NCBI GenBank assembly: GCA_965369655.1
Contig: CBDUQR010000049.1
Span: 1-19,118, forward strand
Length of the DNA: 19,118 nt
Reading direction: 5' to 3'
Origin: an uncultured bacterium
GTDB lineage: Bacteria > Zixibacteria > MSB-5A5 > JAABVY01 > JAHJOQ01
Positions 8,390-15,980 of this stretch are shown piece by piece. How positions within the stretch are numbered: position 1 is the first letter of the stretch; the number at the start of each line of letters is the position of its first letter. The position numbers and the translations under genes are program-made. Below the pieces are notes generated by a model that did no database searches, was not told the origin of the DNA, and was given only the letters and a program-made list of their open reading frames with translations.

Positions 8390-11300
8390 CTAAAACTCTG
8401 CGCCGAGAGAGAAGTAGTATTTGGGGCTCGAAACTACCGCCATGTCGGTCTTCCATGCCTGATCGAATTTCAGGACCATGAATCCAAGATTAACACGCGC
8501 TCCGTAGCCGAAGCCGGTCTTGATGCCGGTCAGGCGTCCTCCGCCATCGCTCGTTCCACCCTTGAATAGTATGTTCTCATTCCATGCCGCACCGACGTCG
8601 AGAAAGAGAGCTCCACGCATTTGTGTCAGCACAATCGGGATCGGGAACTTGACGATGAAGTAATCGACGAAGGGGAATCTGAATTCGATATTCGCCATGC
8701 CGTATTTCGTGCCCTGAATCTCGTAGTAGTTGTATCCACGAAGTGGCGTGACAACTTTCGAGAAGTATAGGTTCTCTACACCGTATACATCGAGTCCGGG
8801 TCGTGCGCTTCCAACCCAGTTGGATGTGCCGCCGAGGAAGAACTGCTTCGGACTGTCGCCCCCGGAAACGCCGCCTGCTGCGCGTATTGCGAGACCGTAT
8901 CTCTTTGCGAAATGGAAATATCTGCGCATGTCGAACGAGGTTGCCCAGTAATCGATGGCGTTGGTATGCAGATTGATGGTGCGTTCGACAGAAACTTTGT
9001 ACCGTCTTCCGTTGATCGGCCCGGTGATTCCCCAGAGAATATTGTCGGTAATCCAGGAGAGATCGGCGGTCGTGATTCGATCCTTTGAGTCATCGTACGG
9101 TGGATCGAAGAACTTCCGGTCGATATACAGGTGCGAAACATCAAGCTGCATCCGCGAGAAAATCGAAAATGGGTACGAGAGTGTCGCCATGCTACCGTAG
9201 AATCGATCAAAGAACAACCGATTGAGGGGATCGATATAGTAGTTCTTCGTGTGGAATATTCCCAAGCCCCAGTTGACTCTCTTTGCGTTGTTCAGATAGA
9301 AGAGTTGGAAGTTCGTCTGGTCAATAGCATTCACAACATCCGTAGAGAGGAAGAATTGGTGATTCCCGAGGTAATCAGAGACAAGCAGGTACGACTGCCC
9401 TCGAAGTCCGAAGAATGTATCGTATGAAAAGCCGCCGGTCACAAGATCGAGCGAGAATTTGGTCTTGTACGGATTCACCGGATACTCTCCATCATCGGTC
9501 TTGGCGTAAAGAGTATCTTCCTGCCCCGGGTCTACCAGAGTTGATGGTTCTTCGGGCGGTCTCTCCGGATGTTTGCGTTGGTACTCGTCCGACTTGAAAA
9601 CATAGTCCTCATACTCGTCGTCGGAATATTTTGACGAATCCGCCGCAGCCGACGAATCCTGCTCGGCGTTCTCGTCGGTGAGTCGATGCAGACTCTGATC
9701 CATCCTTCCTGCTGCAAACGCCGTCTTAAGCAGGCTGTCCGGGTGATCAGCAACCGGCTTGATATTCTTCATGAGGAAGATATCGAATCCCGCCTTATGG
9801 AAGGATGAGAAGGCGATCTCATCGCCTTTGGGCGACCATGTCGGAGCCGCAACGTTGGTCAGCACATTGGTAATCGGGAACGGCTGCCGTGTCTCGATAT
9901 CGAGAATGTAGAGATTATCGATGCCGTTGTAATTCGCCACGTAACATATTTTGCTGCCATCAGGCGACCATACGGGATTTCGCTTCCTGAATGGTCCAGT
10001 CGTGATCTCATCGATTTCGCCGGTTTCGAGGTCCATCCTGTAGATGTTATATGTGCCGAACTGCAGATCGATTATGTCGACCGGATCGTCGGCATAGGCT
10101 GATGGTCTATCGGATGCAAAGACAATATGTTTCCCGTCGGGCGAGATCGCCGGCTCCTGGTCCTCGTAATAGTTGTCGGTCAGTTGCCTGAGTTCCTCTG
10201 TGGTCAGATCGAGCATGTACAGATCGCTCTTCCCATCTTTGACGCCAGTGAACACAATGGCGTTGCCGTCAGCGCCCCCCCATGATGGCGAAAACACGGA
10301 GTTGAAACCGAACTTGTATTTTTTATAGACCTTTTTCTTACGGACATTGACCAGCCTGAGTGCGTCTTCGCCCTTGGATTTTGCTACAAACGCGATATTC
10401 TCACCGTCTGGCGACCAGGACATTCCGGAGACATACGAGTGGAGCGATTCGAGATCAGCCGTCCGCGCGCCCTTGACCACAGTGGAGAGCACCTCGCCGT
10501 CTACGGTCGATATGATCTGAATCTCGGTGTAATCGGACTTGTCCGTGAATATCGCCAGCTTGTCTCCAGATGGCGCAAAGACAGGCCGTTCGTTGAAGTA
10601 TGATCCATCTTTCTCGTGGTCGGTAAGCTGGCGCGCGAATTCCTTCGGTTCAAGCCGGTCGGAAATCTCAGGCCAGTAAAGTTTTCTGCAATACTTGAAA
10701 AATCTCTCTCCGAATTCTTTCTGGTCAAGACCGATAGCTTTTTTCATGGTCTTGTCCATAGTGAGATAGACTTTGCCCTTCTTCCAAATCTCGGCGAGTT
10801 TTTCGATCCCGTAGGTGTCGATGAGGAACTTGATAGCGAGCTGTCCCTGCTTGTACGCTAGATATCCGCCCACGAATGCGAGAGGCGGGGCATAGTTATT
10901 GATGGTCGCATCGCGCATCACCATATCAGCCCAGTAATCCCAGCCGAACCGGGAAGAATATTCGGCGTAGCCCTCTGCGAGCCATAACGGCGGGCTGAAA
11001 AGCGCTCCCCTCGATAGCAGCGAACTGAACGATTTGCCATAGAGCAAGTCGAACGTGACGGCGTGGGTCAGTTCGTGATGCAGCACATGGCGGAAATCTT
11101 CGTACGATCCGTTGTACGGCATCACCATTCGGTTCTTGAAGACTTCAGTAAATCCGCCGGTTCCTTCGCCGAGCAGTTGGTTCGTGATGTTCGTCTGCTG
11201 AAACTCGTTCGGAGAATTGTAGACGAATGCAGGGACGCGTTTCCTGAGCTTGTAGTTCAACTCATCTGATATGATAACATAGGAAGATTCAAGCACTTCC

Positions 11301-11500
11301 GCCGCGAATTTGGCGAGGTGGTATGAGTCCTGATAGAAATATATGTCGAAATGGGAGGTCTGGATGAACTCCCAGTCAAAGTTTTTCCACTGGACTTTGT
11401 TCTTGCCGAAATACTCCTCCTGCGCATTCAGGGATGCTGCTCCGGATGCGATTATCAGAAGAACGGCGATGATTACCTGGAACGTCTTTATCCTGATCAT
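8390..11500 (-). CDS. Outer-membrane protein: zinc metallopeptidase (clan MA/gluzincin-like) + TolB/PD40 beta-propeller + POTRA-less Omp85-family barrel
   Basis: Signal peptide; HELTH (11063-11077) plus WLAEGYAEY; repeated WSPDG/ISPDG/WSPKG; acidic linker; barrel with LRGY and ALFLDVG motifs and C-terminal YYFSLGAEF. Confidence 0.88.
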   Translation of the reverse strand: MIRIKTFQVIIAVLLIIASGAASLNAQEEYFGKNKVQWKNFDWEFIQTSHFDIYFYQDSYHLAKFAAEVLESSYVIISDELNYKLRKRVPAFVYNSPNEFQQTNITNQLLGEGTGGFTEVFKNRMVMPYNGSYEDFRHVLHHELTHAVTFDLLYGKSFSSLLSRGALFSPPLWLAEGYAEYSSRFGWDYWADMVMRDATINNYAPPLAFVGGYLAYKQGQLAIKFLIDTYGIEKLAEIWKKGKVYLTMDKTMKKAIGLDQKEFGERFFKYCRKLYWPEISDRLEPKEFARQLTDHEKDGSYFNERPVFAPSGDKLAIFTDKSDYTEIQIISTVDGEVLSTVVKGARTADLESLHSYVSGMSWSPDGENIAFVAKSKGEDALRLVNVRKKKVYKKYKFGFNSVFSPSWGGADGNAIVFTGVKDGKSDLYMLDLTTEELRQLTDNYYEDQEPAISPDGKHIVFASDRPSAYADDPVDIIDLQFGTYNIYRMDLETGEIDEITTGPFRKRNPVWSPDGSKICYVANYNGIDNLYILDIETRQPFPITNVLTNVAAPTWSPKGDEIAFSSFHKAGFDIFLMKNIKPVADHPDSLLKTAFAAGRMDQSLHRLTDENAEQDSSAAADSSKYSDDEYEDYVFKSDEYQRKHPERPPEEPSTLVDPGQEDTLYAKTDDGEYPVNPYKTKFSLDLVTGGFSYDTFFGLRGQSYLLVSDYLGNHQFFLSTDVVNAIDQTNFQLFYLNNAKRVNWGLGIFHTKNYYIDPLNRLFFDRFYGSMATLSYPFSIFSRMQLDVSHLYIDRKFFDPPYDDSKDRITTADLSWITDNILWGITGPINGRRYKVSVERTINLHTNAIDYWATSFDMRRYFHFAKRYGLAIRAAGGVSGGDSPKQFFLGGTSNWVGSARPGLDVYGVENLYFSKVVTPLRGYNYYEIQGTKYGMANIEFRFPFVDYFIVKFPIPIVLTQMRGALFLDVGAAWNENILFKGGTSDGGGRLTGIKTGFGYGARVNLGFMVLKFDQAWKTDMAVVSSPKYYFSLGAEF

Positions 11501-11515
11501 TATGACCTCATTTAT

Positions 11516-12778
11516 CTATTCTGATACTCTTTGTATATCGGCTCCGAGCGACGAGAGTTTCTCCTCAATCTTGTGATAACCTCTGTCGACGTGATAGATT
11601 CGCCTTATCTGGGTTTCACCGTCAGCCGCGAGCGCAGCCGTCACAAGGCCTGCGCCTGCTCTTATGTCTGATGCCATAACGGATGCACCCTGAAGCCGTT
11701 CAACGCCTTCAATGGTTGCTTCGTTGGAAGATATGTTGACATTTGCGCCCATGCGCTTCAACTCCATCGCCGCAGCGAAACGATCCTCGAAAACTGTCTC
11801 CCTGATCCTGCTGACGCCATCGGCCACCGCTGCCACTGCGGTGAAATTGGGCTGGAGATCGGTTGGAAATCCAGGGTGCGGAAATGTCGTAATGTCAAGG
11901 GGTCCCATGCGTTTGCCGCATGTGATAGACATGTCACCATTTTTGATCTCTGTCTCAGCGCCCGCTTCCCGGAGTTTCTGAATCACTATGCCGAGATCTT
12001 CCGGTCGGCAGTTTTCGAGCACAATGCTGCCGCCGGCAGTCGCACAGGCGCACAGGTAGGTTCCTGCGACGAGCCTGTCAGGCATGACCGTGTGGTCGAC
12101 CGCCCGGAGTTCTTTGACTCCCTTGATAATCATTGTCGGCGTTCCTGCTCCGGATATGGCGCCCCCCATATTATTGAGGAAATTTGCCAGATCGACTACT
12201 TCCGGATCCATCGCCGCGTTGATAATTGTGGTGGTTCCTGTCGCTGTCACGGCTCCCATCATGATGTTTTCGGTGCCTGTATGTGACGGCCTGTCGAAAC
12301 AGAAGGTACCTCCGGAAAGCCTGTCGCATTCGGCGACGATATAACCGGCGTCTTCATCGATCCGAGCACCGAGCGTTCTGAAGCCCTTGATGTGCAAGTC
12401 CACCGGCCGTTGGCCGAGCGAACATCCGCCGGGCAGAGAGACTCTGGCCTTGCCAAGTCTCGCCAGCAAGGGGCCGAGCACCATGAATGATGCCCGCATC
12501 TGCCTGACGAGTTCATACGGAGCCTCATGGTTCTTCAGGTTCTCTGCGTTGATCGATACAGTCTTGGCCGCCTTGTCCCACGTAACTTTGGCGCCGAGTA
12601 TTTCGAGGAGTTCTACTGTAGTCCTGATGTCCCGAAGTTCCGGCACATCCCGAATAACAGATGTACCTCTGTCAGCAAGGATTGACGCGAACAAAATGGG
12701 CAGTGCGGCGTTCTTCGATCCATCGACACGCACACTACCCTTGAGTTTCTTGCCTCCACGAACGATCAGTTTGTCCAT
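11516..12778 (-). CDS. murA: UDP-N-acetylglucosamine 1-carboxyvinyltransferase
   Basis: GSKNAALP, MRAS, SLPGGCSLGQRPVDLH (catalytic Cys), PGFPTDLQ, DIRAGA, HVDRGY. Confidence 0.98.
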   Translation of the reverse strand: MDKLIVRGGKKLKGSVRVDGSKNAALPILFASILADRGTSVIRDVPELRDIRTTVELLEILGAKVTWDKAAKTVSINAENLKNHEAPYELVRQMRASFMVLGPLLARLGKARVSLPGGCSLGQRPVDLHIKGFRTLGARIDEDAGYIVAECDRLSGGTFCFDRPSHTGTENIMMGAVTATGTTTIINAAMDPEVVDLANFLNNMGGAISGAGTPTMIIKGVKELRAVDHTVMPDRLVAGTYLCACATAGGSIVLENCRPEDLGIVIQKLREAGAETEIKNGDMSITCGKRMGPLDITTFPHPGFPTDLQPNFTAVAAVADGVSRIRETVFEDRFAAAMELKRMGANVNISSNEATIEGVERLQGASVMASDIRAGAGLVTAALAADGETQIRRIYHVDRGYHKIEEKLSSLGADIQRVSE

Positions 12779-13085
12779 TTCAGTTCCGACTTTCTAATTG
12801 TAACCATATGATTATCAACATAGTTCTTTATACACAGACACTCAAGACCGGAAGCTTATTGCATTGATTTCGGCCTCCGTTTGCAATCTATGTCTGTCAA
12901 ACGAACTTCGCAAATCCGAAATCACTTTGCTCTCACATGATTATACAGCGACTGCTCCCCGATATTCCATTTTGAGCACGGTTACTGTCGCCGAGATCAG
13001 GACCCGCGACAATAACTCCCTGATGATCAGGACATGTGAGCGCACGGCATCGTTAAACGGTGGGAGTATATTGGCTACATTTGAG

Positions 13086-13113
13086 TTGACATTTGTCGAT
13101 TAAAGTATATATT
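13086..13113 (+). promoter_or_regulatory. Putative sigma70 promoter of secDF
   Basis: TTGACA (13086-13091), 16-bp spacer, TATATT (13108-13113); AGGAGG RBS at 13145-13150. Confidence 0.6.
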
Positions 13114-13161
13114 TGCTAATCAATTTGCATTCAATGCAGAGTTTAGGAGGATAGTATTTAG

Positions 13162-14874
13162 ATGCGCAGAACTGAATCACTGAGGATTGTCGCGATTCTT
13201 GTCGTTCTTGTAGTGGCGGCGATCTTTTTCTATCCGACAGCGCGACTGTGGCTTATGTCGAGCGAGCAGAAAGCTGAGATGGGGGATCGGGACCCAATCG
13301 GACTGAAGGAACTCGAATCTTCGGCGATCAAGCTCGGACTCGACCTTCAGGGAGGCATGCACATTGTATTGAAGGTCGATGTGAGTGATATGTCGTCCGC
13401 CGATGCTGAAAATGCCAGAGATCGTGCTACCGAAATTATCCGAAACCGAGTTGACAAGTTCGGAATATCGGAACCGCAGATCATGCCGCAGGGCAATGAT
13501 TATATAGTCGTTGAACTTCCGGGCATGCAGGATGTGAAAAGGGCACAGGAGCTTATCGGCAAGACTGCACAACTCGAATTCAGATTCCTCGAGACTCCGG
13601 AAAAGACGAGACAGATTGTCGAGAAGATTGACAAAGTGCTCGGGAGTGATCCGTTAGCGTACCTCGACAAGAAGTCGGACGACAGTCTCGCCGTTTCGGA
13701 GGATGACTCTACTGCTGAGGGCAGTCTCGATGACGCAGTTGCCGAGCTTTTCTCGGAGGGGGATGATACCGCCAGCGTGGATGACAGCACTCTTGCAGAG
13801 TCTGATACAGGCTTGATTGATGATTTTGATGAGCCGACATTTACGGAGTTCTCCAGTTACCTCGATCAGGCGTCGCCTGGGTCGTTCATGGTATTTGTGA
13901 ATGATGTTCCACTCCTGAAGAAATACCTGTCACTTGACAAAGTGAATGCCGTGACCCCGCACGATGACGAGTGGATGTGGGGTACGCGCGACGAGAATTT
14001 CCAGGGGCGGATGGTTCGCCGACTGTACCTGGTCAAAACCAGGATCGAGATGACCGGTGAGTATCTCACAGGCGCGACTCCCGGATATGACCAGTTCAGG
14101 GCTCCGCAGGTTAACTTCCGTCTGACCAAAGAGGGCGGATCCAAATTCGCACGCATCACTGGTCCCAACATCGGCAAACCGCTCGGGATCATTCTCGATG
14201 GTCAGGTGGAGTCATCACCGCGGATCAACGACCGCATTCGTGATCAGGGAGTTATTACGATGGGATCGGGAGCGACATTCGATGACGCCAACGATCTGTC
14301 GATCGTGCTTCAGGCAGGTGCGCTGCCTGCGCCTGTGAATATCGTCGAGAACAATGTCGTCGGGCCATCGCTCGGCGCTGACTCGATCAACAAAGGGTTT
14401 ACCGCGTCTATTGTAGGTCTTGTGATCGTGATGCTGATCATGGGAATTTACTACAGGCTCTCAGGAATTGTCGCTATTTTTGCGCTTCTGTTCAACCTGT
14501 TTGTCCTGCTCTCGATCATGTCAATGCTGAAGGCGACTCTCACGGTACCGGGCATTGCCGGGATCATACTGCTGGTCGGTATATCGGTCGATGCCGCTGT
14601 GCTGATATTCGAGCGGATTCGAGAGGAACTGATAACCGGCAAGACAGTTCGAGCATCGATAGATGCCGGATACAGCCGAGCGGCGGTGGCGATTATCGAT
14701 TCGAACATTACGACACTGATTGTGGCAGCTATACTGTACGCTCTCGGAACGGGACCCGTGAAGGGTTTCGCCGTGACGCTGTCGATCGGAATACTCGTGT
14801 CACTCTTCTCGGCTCTGGTCGTTACGCGCACCATTTTCGAGTTCAGGAAGAGCTACAGCAAGCTGAGCATATAA
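13162..14874 (+). CDS. secD: Protein translocase subunit SecD
   Basis: KLGLDLQGG, IRNRVDKFG, AGALPAP, VGPSLGADSI, IFERIREE, GPVKGFA. Confidence 0.97.
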   Translation: MRRTESLRIVAILVVLVVAAIFFYPTARLWLMSSEQKAEMGDRDPIGLKELESSAIKLGLDLQGGMHIVLKVDVSDMSSADAENARDRATEIIRNRVDKFGISEPQIMPQGNDYIVVELPGMQDVKRAQELIGKTAQLEFRFLETPEKTRQIVEKIDKVLGSDPLAYLDKKSDDSLAVSEDDSTAEGSLDDAVAELFSEGDDTASVDDSTLAESDTGLIDDFDEPTFTEFSSYLDQASPGSFMVFVNDVPLLKKYLSLDKVNAVTPHDDEWMWGTRDENFQGRMVRRLYLVKTRIEMTGEYLTGATPGYDQFRAPQVNFRLTKEGGSKFARITGPNIGKPLGIILDGQVESSPRINDRIRDQGVITMGSGATFDDANDLSIVLQAGALPAPVNIVENNVVGPSLGADSINKGFTASIVGLVIVMLIMGIYYRLSGIVAIFALLFNLFVLLSIMSMLKATLTVPGIAGIILLVGISVDAAVLIFERIREELITGKTVRASIDAGYSRAAVAIIDSNITTLIVAAILYALGTGPVKGFAVTLSIGILVSLFSALVVTRTIFEFRKSYSKLSI

Positions 14875-14887
14875 AGGAGCATGAGAG

Positions 14888-15811
14888 ATGTTCAGGATAA
14901 TCAAGAGAACAAACATAGACTTCATCGGAAAAAGGAAGAAAGCATATATCGTATCCGGTGTGCTCATGCTTCTTGGGCTCGTTTGCTTCCTTGCAATTCT
15001 GTTTGGTCAGGCGAATCTCGGTATTGATTTCGCGGGCGGTACGATGTTACAGGGCTGGTTTGAATCACCGGTCGATATTGCAGACCTTCGCTCTACGCTG
15101 ACTGATGCCGGCTTCGCCGGCGCATACCTGACGGAAATGAGCGGACGCGAGCACGGAAACACGTTTCTCATTCGCGTGAAGGTCGGTTCCGAAGGCGGCG
15201 AGACTGTCTCGGAGCAAATAGAAGGAGCCATCAAGAGCGATTACGAAGGCAACAAGTTTACGCTCGACTCGGTTCACGAGGTTGGGCCGTCTGTCGGAAG
15301 AGAACTCGAACGCAAAGCTATCTGGATGATCGGTCTGGCGGTATGCGGAATTCTCCTGTATATCTGGATCAGATTCGATCTCAGGTTCGGAGTTGCCGCA
15401 ACGGTGGCAACGCTCCACGATGTCCTCGCTGTGCTCGGGATTTTCTTCATTCTTCAGAAAGAGATCACACTGCTTGTGGTTGTGGCGCTCCTGACACTGG
15501 CCGGATACTCATTGTCTGATTCGGTCGTTGTGTTCGACAGGATCAGGGAGAATCTCAGAACATTTCGCCGCAAAGGAGATTTCGTCGCTACAGTCAACGG
15601 TTCGGTCAACGAGGTGCTCGGACGGACTCTTATGACCTCCCTGACTACGCTGACGGTCGTGTTTGTCCTGTTCATTGCTGGCGGTGAAATCCTCAGAGAC
15701 TTCGCACTGGCGCTCATGATCGGTATTATAGTCGGGACCTATTCATCGGTGTTTGTTGCCTCCCCGATTGTGGTCGAATGGGAAAACAAAGCTCCGAAGC
15801 GATTCAAGTAG
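14888..15811 (+). CDS. secF: Protein translocase subunit SecF
   Basis: LGIDFAGG, VGPSVGREL, YIWIRF, GYSLSDSVVVFDRIRE, GTYSSVFVA; AAGGAG RBS. Confidence 0.97.
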   Translation: MFRIIKRTNIDFIGKRKKAYIVSGVLMLLGLVCFLAILFGQANLGIDFAGGTMLQGWFESPVDIADLRSTLTDAGFAGAYLTEMSGREHGNTFLIRVKVGSEGGETVSEQIEGAIKSDYEGNKFTLDSVHEVGPSVGRELERKAIWMIGLAVCGILLYIWIRFDLRFGVAATVATLHDVLAVLGIFFILQKEITLLVVVALLTLAGYSLSDSVVVFDRIRENLRTFRRKGDFVATVNGSVNEVLGRTLMTSLTTLTVVFVLFIAGGEILRDFALALMIGIIVGTYSSVFVASPIVVEWENKAPKRFK

Positions 15812-15834
15812 ACTTCGTTCTATATGGATTATCG

Positions 15835-15863
15835 AAAGCCCCTCGATTATGAGGGGCTTTTTT
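15835..15863 (+). terminator. Intrinsic terminator after secF (may be bidirectional)
   Basis: aaagcccctc-gattat-gaggggcttt followed by further Ts. Confidence 0.88.
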
Positions 15864-15892
15864 GTTAAGTCAGTCGCGCACAGTAGTCGAAT

Positions 15893-15912
15893 CCCTTCAC
15901 AATGCTCAGGAC
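15893..15912 (-). repeat. GTCCTGAGC...GAAGGG REP-like repeat, copy 2
   Basis: Minus strand GTCCTGAGCATTGTGAAGGG. Confidence 0.5.
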
Positions 15913-15980
15913 TCCGCCTTCAGCGGTTCTGCCATGCTATCAAGACGGCTGAACCACTCCGTTTCACTCCGGGTTTATTT

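Noticed and set aside
12995..13033. gatcaggac direct repeat, 30-bp period, between murA and secD
   Set aside because: Only two 9-mers; compatible with chance.
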